DNA from: Nageia nagi
Taxonomy: Eukaryota > Plantae > Pinophyta
Assembly (NCBI GenBank): GCA_050084985.1
Contig: JBITNC010000002.1
Span: forward strand, 3,100,001 to 3,164,000
Length of the DNA stretch: 64,000 bases
Direction: 5' to 3'
The notes under the pieces were generated by a model. That model was not told the DNA's origin. It ran no database searches and saw only the letters and a list, made by a program, of their open reading frames with translations. Shown one piece after another: positions 37,960-51,156 of this stretch. The translations under genes were made by a program, and so were the position numbers. Position 1 is the stretch's first letter; every line of letters starts with the position of its first letter.

Positions 37960-40900
37960 AAATGGTAAATTCTCATGATGTGAAATTCATTTGGGATGAA
38001 AAATGTTAGCAATGTTTTAAAGAAATCAAAAGGTATAACTTGAATCCTCCTATTTTAGCTTCTATTGATTATTCAAGACCTTCGTAATTATATATTAAGC
38101 TACATTGAAGGCCTTTGGGGAAATGTTGGATCAAAATGGTGAAGACAAGAAAGAAAGAGAAATATATTACATTAACAATTGGTGGATTGTGAGATAAGGT
38201 ACAATCCCATTGAAAATCTTTATTTTTCTACTATCTTTTATTTCTAAAAAATTAAGGCATTGAATGCTCAACAACACCGCATATGTAATTGCCTAAGTTG
38301 ATCCATTAAGGTACTTTCTCTCTAAGCCTCATTTATCATGAAGAGTTTCCAAATAGGTTATGTTGTTACAATAATCAGATCTAATTTTCATCTATCCGAA
38401 AGCAATTAAAGGTCAAGTGATACTAAATTTTAAGGTTGAGTCTCCATGTGAGGATACATCCCCACTTAATGAGAAATTTTCAAATGAATTTGTATCTTTT
38501 TTTTCAATAATAAGACACTTTGACAATTTATTTTAATGGTTCAAAGTCCATTATGGTATTTGATGTAGGTATTATACTAATATCTCCTAAGGTGGTATCA
38601 TCCCCTTGGCATACAAACTTACTTTTGATTACACAAACAATATGGTTGAGTATGAGGTATTTATATTTGGAGTTATGGCTATAATTTTATTGAAGGTAAA
38701 GAAAATTAAGATTCGTGTTGATTCTTAATTGGTCATAAATCATTTTAATGGCATTTACAACACCAAAGATGATAAACTAGTCCCCTACAAAAGCCTAGTT
38801 GATTATTTCCTAATAAGGCATTTTAAAGAAGTGATAATTGAGAATATTCAAAGGAATAATAATATTTGTGTTGATGCATCGGCCAATGAAAACCATTTAT
38901 CCCCCATTCCAAAATGAAGAAACAATTGTGAAAACTAAAAAATTTTGTAAACCCTCTCATATGACAAATGAATGGTGTTTTCCTTCCTTATGATGTGAGA
39001 TATAAAGACATATATGCTTTCATCAAAGATGGAATAATCCTCTAAGAGTTTGAGAGAATCCAAATAATAAGATTAAGAAATATAGTTGCAAAATATGTGC
39101 TTTTTGGATATGTATTATATAGAATATCATTTCAGGGTACTTCTATCAAATGTTTATTCATTGATGATGGTAGAAACATAATGGAACAAGTTCATGAAGG
39201 TGCAAGAGTTGGTCATTTCAATGGTAAGATAATATATCATAATCTTTTGATATTGGATTAGTATTATTCATTTATATAAAAATATTATGCTTATTATTTC
39301 AAGGAGTGTGTAGGATATCAAAAGCATGCAAATCTCTAGGTCACTCCTTTTCAAGAACTCTACATAATGGTCTCTCCATGGCCATTCTCTATTTGTACAA
39401 TAGATTTGATAGGAGTGATTAATTGAAGATCAAAAGAGGGTCATAAGTTCATAATAATGGTAATATAATATTCCACAAATTCGATGGAAGCTTCTCCTCT
39501 AATATCATCAAAAGGAACTTAGATTATCAAATTCCTCATTGAACATGTCATAACTAGATTTGGAGTTCCATCTAAAATCCTCGAGAGCAATGTCCCAAAT
39601 ATGGGAAGTAAAGTGGTGAATGATTTCTATGAAATATTTCATATTCAACAAAAGTTATCTTCTCCATATTATCTATAAGGAAATGGTCAAAATGAAGTAA
39701 CCAATAAGACCATTGTAAATATTCTTTACAAAATAATTAAAAAGCATGGAAAATATTGAAATGAGAAATTGTCATATGATCTATGGGCATATAGGAAAAT
39801 TTGTGGTCAACCACAACATGCACTCAATATTCTCTCATTTATGGAGATGAAGAATCCCTTCCTTTGGAGATTGATATTCCATCACTAAGAATATCTCTTG
39901 AAGGAATCATTAATGAAGAAGATATAAGAGTAACATAGTTAAGGCGTTTAGAAGCTCTTGATAAGAAAAGGAAAAATACTCAAGTATCTTAGGGTATATT
40001 AAGGTAGAATCAAAAGAGACTAAAATAATAAAATAAAGACAAATGAGTTCAAGGTTGGAGATCTTATCCTCAAAGATAATCATCATAAGCCTAAGGTTAA
40101 AAAAAATAAGAAAAGATGAGTAAGTTTGAGTTCAATTGGATTAGACCTTTTGTGGTAGGTGCGGAGTATGGTAAGCATGCTTATAAATTTTAAACATTTA
40201 AGGAAAGGAGGATAATTATCCTACTAATGTTAATCACTTGAATCTCTTTCAAATTTGATCATTATTAGAGGGAACCAATTTAAGTTTTGAAGTGCAAATT
40301 TTGCTTAATAATTACTAATGAATATATTTTCTAGTCTTCAAGTTTCATTTTCTCTCTAATATCAAGTACTTATTTTTGAAAATGTTTGAACACAACCTAT
40401 TTTGAACCATAATTGACTATAAGATTAAGTTCTTCAACCTTGTTTGCAATTTTTTCCACAAAAGTACATTAGTTTTTGTCATAATGGAAAGTTGCCACGC
40501 AAATATGGTTACTCCTAGTAGATCAATTTCTAGGAATTGTAGGCCTATTTTGAAGATTAGAATAGGTGAAAATATGACCATTCCATCATAAAGATCCTAT
40601 ATTAGAAATTTTAAGTTAAGATAGATTGGTTATTGAGCACCAACTCTTCAAGATCAATCTAAGGACCTACACTCGAATCTTAGGAAAAGTTTCAAAATTC
40701 TTAAGAATCTCAAGTTCATTGCCAACAGGAAGTCTAGGTATCATTTTCTATAACTTTAAGAGCTATTGTTTTTTGAATAAAATTTTATATTGTATTTAAG
40801 TTTCTTTAGCACCTAATTTTGATCTTTGGGATAAAATAAGATCCTTCATAGTAACCCCATGATGATGTGGATCCTTGACTCATTTTGGTACTTTGGAATA

Positions 40901-41720
40901 AATAAGTACCCATAATGGCAATCTCATTGTAAAGATCATGGTTCTAGCATACTCCATAAGAGGTGTTTAGTTCTGATATCACTTTTATGGTTATGGTATT
41001 AACCATCGTCATACACCCTTTTATGGTCGAGGCATTAACCATCTATGTTCTATCCCATTGGTTCTTTAACCATGAAGTATCATCATATGTTATGATTTAT
41101 AATTCATATTATGTTTATCTCAAATTATGATAATATTTCATGATATAATTCATCATAATATATAATTTTATAAATGACTTATTAGCTAAATCAAAGAAAA
41201 AGAAAAACCATATACAAGACTTAAAGGTAAAATTTTGAAGGTTGAGACAATATAAGTTAAGGCTAACACCTTTAAAATATGCATTTTGGGTAATATTAGG
41301 AAATTTTTTGGTATTTATTATTTCTAGAAGAGGAACTGAGGTATATCCAAAGAAAGCAAAAAAAAAAATTCATTTCCTTCAAATCACAAATAATTAAGAA
41401 GTTTTTTAAGGAAACAAATTTTCTTTAACGAATGACCCATACTTAGGAGATATATATGTTTCTCTTTTAGAGGTATTTTTTTTATTATCTTTTCACAAGT
41501 TCTTTACCTTGATGTCATCCATTTGATGAAGCTTATACTACAAAAATAAAGGCATAGAGATGGCATAAAATGACCATTCAAAATGGACAATCTAATATTA
41601 TTGTTATGATTAATTCTTAGATTATTCAGTTACTCTTTATATCTTCCATATTATGCTTTTTATTCTTTTTAATGTGTAATTGTATGGTGAATACCATCAC
41701 TCTTTAAAATGGGGGAAACC
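37960..41720 (+). mobile_element. Decayed Ty3/gypsy (Tat/Ogre-type) pol 3' half: RNase H, additional RNase H, integrase, 3' UTR
   Basis: KFIWDEKC, NPPIL, KEREIYY, TNNMVEYE, SPWPFS, TRFGVPSKI and GNGQNE. A displaced RT fragment (RLRQYKLRLTP...IISRRGTEVYPKK) sits at ~41220-41360, and a PPT-like tract at ~41706-41718. Confidence 0.85.
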
Positions 41721-41780
41721 ATTCACATCTAATATATAAACATATTTCTTTTTAATATATCTTAAAAATAAGTGTTAATA

Positions 41781-42900
41781 CACTACAAGAAAATTGAGCT
41801 TTGATGTTGGCTAATTTATAGAAGTTCTCTGATAGTGGTTTATAACCATCATTATTATATATATTAAAGGTAGAATTTAACGAGGGCTTTAAACCACCAT
41901 CACAAAATATATTATATGGTGGATTTTAATGATATTATTATAGCCACCCTCATATAAACTACTCTGGTAGATAAAAACTATCATAAAAGTTTACACATAA
42001 AAATAAAAAAGCTCCACATGGGCATGCATCACTTCAAAATTTTAAGGTCTACTGCCAAACCAAAGAAAATGAGGTGAGAGGAGAATAGAAGAGGTGAGAA
42101 ATAACACATGAGTAAACTTGGTGAGGAGGGCAAGACCATAACCAAGAAACACATATTACGAGCAAACAAGATGAGGAGGGTGAGATATTGGTTTACTTAG
42201 GGTTTGGGCATCACTAAACTTTTCAAGGTACCAAGTAGAGAGAAGAGAAACAAGTAGAGGTTAGGGTTTCATATGGAATAACTCCATCACCATTACTTAC
42301 AAATTGGTCAATTTACGAAGCAAATCACTCCATATTATAGAAATTAGAGTTTATTAGTATGTTATTTATCTTTTACGATCAAGAAGATCAACCATACATG
42401 TATTGTGTAATTTCATTCATTATGGGTATAATAAACATTCATGAATTGGAAGAAAACCCAACAAATACAAGCAAATGAAGGGAGGAAGGTGAGAAACATG
42501 AGGCAAATGATTCCATCACCATTACCTACAAACTGGTCAAGGTATTAAGTAAACAACTCTACACTACAATATTTTTCTACTGTTGGCATGCATTTTGGTG
42601 TTATTAGCATTTTGCATACATGTCTATCAAGATTTTATCATAGTATCATGTGAAAGAAACCCACATCTAGTTATTTTTCCATGCCCCATTTTTTTCAAAT
42701 AAAACATTTTTCATCTTCTCCCACATTTTGCATACATGTCTATCAAGGTTGTTATCATAATTTCATATGAAAGAAATCCACATCTTGTTATTTGTATATG
42801 AACCATTTTGTTCAAACAAAAACCTTGCCATTTTAATGCTCCCACATTTTGCATACATGTCTATCCGGATTGTTATGCATGGATCATTGCCTATTTGTAA
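41781..42900 (+). mobile_element. CACTA 5' end with subterminal repeats and captured antisense PPR fragments (Pack-CACTA-like), truncated
   Basis: Canonical TIR CACTACAAGAAAA at 41781; subterminal ACCATCA/CCACCATCA motifs in both orientations; three GCATACATGTCTAT motifs (minus IDMYAKC) at ~42615, 42730 and 42851. Confidence 0.8.
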
Positions 42901-44277
42901 TACAACTACAAAATCATGGTAGTCAAAGACTTTGCTAAAATAAATCATTTGCTAGAAAAGGTTTTATTCCATTTCTATAACAAACATCCTTTAGTCAATC
43001 ACTAGTAATCACCACATGAACATTTTCCATTCTTGAAGTGGTGAAAATAGTTGGAATCTCTTGTAACAATTTCTCACACAGCAATTTTGGATAGAAACTT
43101 TTTTGCAGAGCAAAAATTAACATATACCTGAAGGTTCTTTACAACTTAAATGTTCATGCAAGAGGATGTGCTTAATAAACAAAAAGAAATTGTTATTTTT
43201 CTCAATATGGTAGTGAAGAATTTATTCCTTCTCTTCCTCCTTGACATCTTGTAGAAAAAATATGTCCATACAAGGTATGGTAGCAAAATGTCAAATGTAA
43301 GAGAAAAGTACAATTAAGATTTTCTTTACTCTCTTAATACCATAGTACCAGGTTACTTGTAAGCCCTTCTTTAGCATTTATTATTCATCCACATAGAGAA
43401 GAATCAATCCTAAACCTTTTCTTTCCTTGAGCACATATAAATATGAATTTTTGTGGTACTTAGAGATCCAATAGCTTCAAAGTACCTTGAAATATTATCA
43501 TACCAACCATTAGGTGCTTGCTTAAGTCCATACAAGGACATCATCTATATTCATCCTCATTCTTTAACCATGAAGTATCATCATATGTTATGATTTATAA
43601 TTCATATTATGTTTATCTCAAATTATGATAATATTTCATGATATAATTCATCATAATATATAAGTTTATAAATGACTTGTTAGCTAAATCAAAGAAAAAG
43701 AAAAACCATATACAAGACTTAAAGGTAAAATTTGGAAGGTTGAGACAATATAAGTTAAGGCTAACACCTTTAAAATATGCATGTTGGGTAATATTAGGAA
43801 ATTTTTTGGTATTTATTATTTCTAGAAGAGGAACTGAGGTATATCCAAAGAAAGCAAAAAAAAATGTCATCTCCTTCAAATCACAAATAATTAAGAAGTT
43901 TTTTAAGGAAACAAATTTCCTTTAACGAATGACCCATACTTAGGAGATATATATGTTGCTCTTTTAGAGGTGGTTTTTTTATTATCTTTTCACAAGTTCT
44001 TTGCCTTGATGTCATCCATTTAATGAAGCTTATACTACAAAAATAAAGGCATAGAGATGGCATAAAATGACCATTCAAAATGGGCAATCTAATATTATTG
44101 TTATGATTAATTCTTAGATTATTCTGTTACTCTTTATATCTTCCATATTATGCTTTTTATTCTTTTTAATGTGTAATTGTATGGTGCATACCATCACAAT
44201 TTAAAAGGGGGGAAACCATTCACATCTAATATATAAACATATTTCTTTTTTGTATATATTAAAAATAAGTGTTGATA

Positions 44278-45410
44278 CACTACAAGAAAATCGAGCTTTG
44301 ATGTTAGCTAATTTATAGAAGTTCTCTGATAGTGGTTTATAACCATCATTATTATATATATTAAAGGTAGAATTTAACGAGGGCTTTAAACCACCATCAC
44401 AAAATATATTATATGGTGGATTTTAATGATAGTATTATATCCACCCTCATATAAACTACTCTGGTAGATAAAAACTATCATAAAAGTTTACACATAAAAA
44501 TAAAAAAGCTCCACATGGGCATGCATCACTTCAAAATTTTAAGGTCTACTGCCAAACCAAAGAAAATGAGGTGAGAGGAGAAGAGAAGAGGTGAGAAATA
44601 ACACATGAGTAAACTTGGTGAGGAGGGCAAGAACATAACCAAGAAACACATATTACGAGCAAACAAGATGAGGAGGGTGAGATATTGGTTTACTTAGGGT
44701 TTGGACATCACTAAACTTTTCAAGGTACCAAGTAGAGAGGAGAGAGAGGAGAGAAACAAGTAGAGGTTAGGGTTTCATATGGAATAACTCCATCACCATT
44801 ACTTACAAATTGGTCAATGTACGAAGCAAACCACTCCATATTATAGAAATTAGAGTTTATTAGTATGTTATTTATCTTTTACGATCAAGAAGATCAACCA
44901 TACATGTATTGTGTAATTTCATTCATTATGGGTATAATAAACATTCGTGAATTAGAAGAAAACCCAACAAATACGAGCAAATGAAGGGAGGAAGGTGAGA
45001 AACATGAGGCAAATGATTCCATCACCATTACCTACAAACTGGTCAAGGTATTAAGTAAACAACTCTACACTACAATATTTTTCTATTGTTGGCATGCATT
45101 TTGGTGTTATTAGCATTTTGCATACATGTCTATCAAAATTTTATCATAGTATCATGTGAAAGAAACCCACATCTAGTTATTTTTCCATGCCCCATTTTTT
45201 TCAAATAAAACATTTTTCATCTTCTCCCACATTTTGCATACATGTCTATCAAGGTTGTTATCATAATTTCATATGAAAGAAATCCACATCTTGTTATTTG
45301 TATACGAACCATTTTGTTCAAACAAAAACCTTACCATTTTAATGCTCCCACATTTTGCATACATGTCTATTCGGATTGTTATGCATGGATCATTGCCTAT
45401 TTGTAATACA
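44278..45410 (+). mobile_element. Duplicate copy of the CACTA 5' end with PPR fragments
   Basis: CACTACAAGAAAA at 44278; PPR piece IDMYAKCGSIKMVRFLFEQ in ORF 45269-45454. Confidence 0.8.
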
Positions 45411-45419
45411 ACTACAAAA

Positions 45420-47678
45420 TCATGGTAGTCAAAGACTTTGCTAAAATAAATCATTTGCTAGAAAAGGTTTTATTCCATTTCTATAACAAACATCCTTTAG
45501 TCAATCACTAGTAATCACCACATGAACATTTTCCATTCTTGAAGTGGTGAAAATAGTTGAAATCTCTTGTAACAATTTCTCATACAACAATTTTGGATAG
45601 AAACTTTTTTGCAGAGCAAAAATTAACATATACTTGAAGGTTCTTTATGACTTAAATGTTCATGCAAGAGGATGTGCTTGATAAACAAAAAGAAATTGTT
45701 ATTTTTCTCAATATGGTAGTGAAGAATTTATTCCTTCTCTTCCTCCTTGACATCTTGTAGAAAAAATATGTTCATACAAGGTATGGTAGCAAAATGACAA
45801 ATGTAAGAGAAAAGTACAATTAAGATTTTCTTTACTCTCTTAATACCATAGTACTAGGTTACTTGTAAGCCCTTTTTTAGCATTTATTATTCATCCACAT
45901 AGAGAAGAATTAATCCCAAACCTTTTATTTCCTTGAGCACATATAAATATGAATTTTTGTGGTACTTAGAGAATCCAATAGCTTCAAAGTACCTTGAAAT
46001 ATTCTCATACCAACCATTAGGTGCTTGCTTAAGTCCATACAAGGACAACATCATAAGATTGATCTTTATACTCAAGTAGATAACTAAAGGTCATCATACT
46101 AAAGTCATATATGAAGGTAAGGACATAAGATGCTCCTCTAAGTGACTTAGATTTAAATGGATCCATCAAATCTGAATGAATCAATCGAAGAAGTTGATTT
46201 TCCCTTGTTGCCTTATCCTTCTCAATTTTTTTCCTTTTCATCTTCTGTAAGATGCAACTTTCACAAAGGCCAATGGTAGGTGAGATTGTTGGCAATCCTC
46301 CACAAGATTTTGATTCTTCACAAGTTGAATATTTTTATGGTTGATGTGGCCTAATCTTTGGTTCTAAAGGTTACCCTTAGAATAAATATTTATAGTTATC
46401 CACATTTTAGTATACTCCTCATCAATTATGTAGAGGTCATTCTTAATAGATTATTTTATCAAGGTGGTCAATCCTTTCCTTATGCTCCAAGAGCTTGAGT
46501 TAAACTCAAAGGAATATCCTTTTCTTACTACTTCAATGATCTATATAATATTCATCATCAACTTAGGCATATAAAACATATTCTCAATCACTTTACCATG
46601 CATCAAAATGCTTCCAACTCATTGACTTCAAGCATTGAGTTGTCACAAATCACTACTGCATCTTCTTTATGATTATGAAAATTTTGAAACTTATCCTTTT
46701 CAAAACATGTGATTAGTGCAACCTGTATCAAATATCCAATCATGTGAAAGTGAACGAGACTTGGAGTAAAGACCATAAACATAAGCACTTTTATTATTAT
46801 TCTTTCCATTAAAATTATTTAGCTTTCCTTTTTCTTTATTATTTTCCTCTTTCTTCTTGAAGCAATGGGTCTCTTTGTGACCATAAATGCCATAAAAGTT
46901 ATAATTACCATCAAATTTATCTTTTCCATTAGAAGTATTTAACTTTCTTTTTCCTTCATGATGTTTTTACACTTTTTCCTACATTACTCTTAGGATGAGC
47001 ATTAGAAGATTTCTTATGATCCTTAAACTTCTTTGTGAAGTGAAGCTTGGTTTCTCTTAAGGCAAGGTTGTGATCTTTTAAAGTATGCACTAACATCTTT
47101 TTGTTGAGGGTTTCTTCATGCTTTAAGAGGAGCCTAAAGAGATTATCCAAGCAGAAGGCTTCCTCTTCATCATCAAGTCTTATCTCAATAACAATCACAA
47201 AATGACTAAACTTGATCAAAAGGCTTTATAGGATGATGAACACCATGAATTCTTCATTAATCTAATTACATTCACAACCCATGAGTTGAATCCTTAGATT
47301 GATAATTTTGGTCAAATAAATTACCACACTCTCATCCTCCCCTTAACAAGTTTGCAAGAGCTTTTAGAGGATGGTGAACCTTATAGATAATTTTAACCCA
47401 AGGTAAATCTCCTTAAGTTGATCTCAAGATTCTTTTGTGAAAGTTGAACTTGAGATCATTAGAAGGAATTCATATGAAATTGCTTGAAAAATTATTAAGG
47501 TTTCCAACTCATTCTTATTATTATAAGTCTCTAAGGCCTTAGGTTTTGTAGGAGCAACTTGATCTTCATTTATTATTTTCCAAAGCTTTTATGCTTAAAG
47601 CTTTGCTTTTATTCTTGGTTCCCAAATACCATAATTAGAATCATTAAGGATGTATTTTGGTGCAAAGGAGTCTCCCAT
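45420..47678 (-). mobile_element. Decayed Ty1/copia with an internal deletion (RT part duplicated at ~42910-43540)
   Basis: gag start MGDSFAPKYILNDSNYGIWE at 47678; LIHSDLMDPFKSKSLRGASYVLTFIYDFS (integrase) joined at ~46047 directly to SLYGLKQAPNGWY...LLYVDE (RT). Confidence 0.88.
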
Positions 47679-49320
47679 TTTTTATAAAATAAGATCAATT
47701 TTAGATTAAGATATAAGAAGTACATTAAGAGAGTATGAAATCAATATTACACTTTTTAAGAAAATTGCAAATTGTTAATCGAATTGATAATCAACTTTAA
47801 CCATTATAGTCCAAGAATTTAAACAAATTAACCAACCAACATTGTTAAATTATCAATTGTTAACCAAAATTAGCCAATATCGTTGCAAAGGAAACTCATA
47901 TAAATTTGAAAATAAATTGTAAATTGCAGGTTGTAAATTGTAAATTGTAAGTTGTGTTAGTAGCTTTATAATGTAAGTTTCTTTATGTAGAGTTGTAAGT
48001 CATGTTAGTGCACTTAATTTTAATACCGAATAAATTGTAGGTTAGTAAGACCTTATCTACAATTTTAGGTTAGTATTTATTATCAATTGTATTGAACCAT
48101 TAGGAAAGGAGAAGACCGAACAACAAGGGTTAGTAGTTTTTCTTAGAGTTAGTAGTTAGTTACATGACAATGGTCTAAGAAATTTTACAACATGATCTTG
48201 TCATTCAAACATAAGAGTCTTATCATAGAACAAAGATCAATTTGCATAATTATTGCTAAGAAAGAGGAAGATTCATTTAATAATCCATAGCAGACTAATC
48301 ATTTAAAACGCATTGAGCGCACAAGCCTGGGAAGTTATAAAAATGCTTAAGAATCATATTCTTTTTACTCTGAAGCATTACCTTTTTTCATGTATTTATG
48401 TCCTTTCTTTCACCTTAACCTTCCTTCAAATTTATTCTTTCTTCTTTTCAATTGCTTTCATTTTTACAATAGGATTCCTCCATTTCCTATGCTTAGAAGA
48501 CATCACAAAAGATCCTCTTTGTATTTTTGAAGGACAAGGTTAGTTCAAAGAGAAGGAAAAGAAAATCAACAACTTGCTCAAAAAATTAATACCTTGCTAA
48601 AAAGTTAACTTCTCCCCTTAATTTTTGATAAAGAAAGATAATGCCCCTTACTTAGGAGCAAAATATTCCCTTTATTTAATGTCTTAAAAACTCCACTTTT
48701 AAAAAGTTTAAAAAAAAAACTCCTTTTTTAAAAAAATAGAGTTTACAAAAATGTAACTCCTCCTTCCTTTATTTTTTTTTTAAATAGAGTTAGAAAAAAA
48801 TACTCTTCTTAAAAACAAATTGAACTCCAATTAAAAAATTTGAGTTAATAAAACATCCCCTTTCATGAATATATATATATATAATTTAAAAACATATGTG
48901 AAGGAATAATGAAATAAGGAATATGTTATTAATGAATTGCAGTGGCCATGTACTCGATCTATAACGACAACTGCCAGGTCAGAGATCAAGGTTCCTCATT
49001 CACTCATCAATCCCATCCATCTTGGAGCAGACAGGGAAATAGTTTCACCACAAGGGTAAAAGAAAAGAAGCAGTTAATGCAGGAAGCACAATTTCCTCAA
49101 AGCATGCACTAGTTCCTTGGATTTATACATACATCAAGACCTACTAATGGAGATGGAATAGGGGTCCGTGAAGTGTTGGCTGGGAGGTGGGCATCGTCGA
49201 AAAAGGAGAACCAACAGGGGCGATGAGGTGAAGTCATTGGGCAGGGTAGGATGCGGAGGTTCGAGGGGCGAGAGGGAGGAGGTGGGTGGCAGCGCCGCCC
49301 AAGTCCAGCCGCATGATACC

Positions 49321-50079
49321 AAAAAAATTTTAATGCTTGTAAATTTATTTGTCCATCAGCCACATGACATAAATGAGTTTTTTTATTAAAAAAAAAATGT
49401 TTCAAGCAATGATTAAATATTTATTTTTAACTGACATTGTTCTCCTAAAAAAATCTTTTTCAACAACTATTTGGTGGATGTCCATACCTTCTTCTATGGC
49501 TTCCATTAAAAAATGTAAATGCCCCTTTTACAATAGTATTTGTAAAAAACTAATGTCCATTTATAGCTTTCATAAAAATTATTTTTCCTTCCCCTCTAAA
49601 ACAAAAATGATTTATATATATATATATAACAATTTTGTAACAAAGTTGTAAAATTACAAATTTCTCAGTATTTCTACATAAAAGATTTTAGTGTAAAAAA
49701 ATTTTAATGCTTGTAAATTTATTTGTCCCATCAGCCACATGACATAAATGAGTTTTTTTATTAAAAAAAAAATGTTTCAAGCAATGATTAAATATTTATT
49801 TTTAACTGACATTGTTCTCCTAAAAAAATCTTTTTCAACAACTATTTGGTGGATGTCTATACCTTCTTCTATGGCTTCCATTAAAAAATGTAAATGCCCC
49901 TTTTACAATAGTATTTGTAAAAAACTAATGTCCATTTATAGCTTTCATAAAAATTATTTTTCCTTCCCCTCTAAAACAAAAATGATTTATATATATATAT
50001 ATAACAATTTTGTAACAAAGTTGTAAAATTACAAATTTCTCAGTATTTCTACATAAAAGATTTTAGTGTAAAAAAATTT
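49321..50079. repeat. ~375-bp near-perfect tandem duplication
   Basis: Units start at 49321 and 49695; one substitution and one 1-bp indel seen; bounded by AAAAAAATTT. Confidence 0.95.
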
Positions 50080-50937
50080 GCAAGTTTATACTACCACAAA
50101 CTTCATGATAAGTGTTCAGAGTAAATGCTCACAACAATATATTATTGCTCAATGTTAAGCAATATTGACTAAAAATAATTGCAACTAACATAAAAGATTA
50201 GTATGTAAAAGAAATTATAACAATAATATATTGTTATATTAAGCAATTTTTTTCAAAAAAAATTACAATTAACACACAAAAAAAATGTTAGTATCATAAA
50301 GTAAAAAAGATAGGAGGTTATACCTTTAGATGGTTTTACCTCACAAATGAATTAGGAAGAACCTTCAAGTAGGCTATGGTCCTAATTGAAAGGAGACTAA
50401 GTCTACTACATCCAAGATCATCGTGGAGTAATCTTCTTCCTCTAAACTACAACTCAAGAATAATCTCAATAACACAATCTTATACACACAAAAGTGACAT
50501 AAGATATATAGTGGTTCCTCTCAATAAGAGAGTACTCCACTCTAATATAGATCTTATTACTTCTCAAGAGCATACTCTTATAATGCAATACTAGAACTCT
50601 TTCCTCCTATCCTTCTACATATTAAGAGCATTATAATGCTCTCTATAAGAGTGAAGAATGCTTGAGGGGAGCCCTCAATTTATAGGAAAAAATCTCACTT
50701 TGGCTCACCCTTTTATCTAACAAGAACACCAAAGATCAAAGAATAAACATATCCTCAAGTGGGATGAGTGTAGGCCAACTTTCAATATTTAATTCACTAA
50801 ATACTTAAAAGGTATTTAAGAATACTTTTAAGTATCAAATGGATTAAATAGATATTTACATAAAGAGAAGAGATATTATTCTTTAGATACTACCTAAAGA
50901 AAAATTAATACAATAATGCATTATTTGTTCTAACAAT

Positions 50938-51156
50938 TTGGATATTAGATACATTAGGTATCTACATTAGATATATAAATAATAAATACATTAGTATTCA
51001 CACTAATGTATAATAATAAATTTAAGGTTTCATATGGTGGTTATTCAAATCCATTATTTGTATGGGAATGTAACTCTTGATACTCAATGTATTTATTCAT
51101 ACTCTCATTAATACAATATTAACTCTCTTGAATCATTTCTAATATGGTATCAGAGC
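50938..51156 (+). mobile_element. Short LTR remnant followed by a perfect tRNA-iMet primer-binding site
   Basis: TGGTATCAGAGC at 51145-51156 right after ...TTCTAATA (likely a decayed ...CTAACA LTR end). No gag follows. Confidence 0.65.

Larger units (their letters stand above)
41040..46052. repeat. ~2.5-kb tandem duplication (unit 1 ~41040-43545, unit 2 ~43542-46052)
   Basis: Near-identical sequence at offset ~2500; duplicated ORFs 42763/45269; CATC shared at the junction and both outer ends. Confidence 0.95.

Noticed and set aside
48978-49010. Minus-strand TGATGA...CTGA as a box C/D snoRNA
   Set aside because: Boxes only ~30 nt apart, with no terminal stem or recognisable guide.
49373-50026. 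Two identical 92-aa ORFs suggesting a conserved small gene
   Set aside because: Identity comes from the recent 375-bp duplication; AT-rich low-complexity peptide without motifs.
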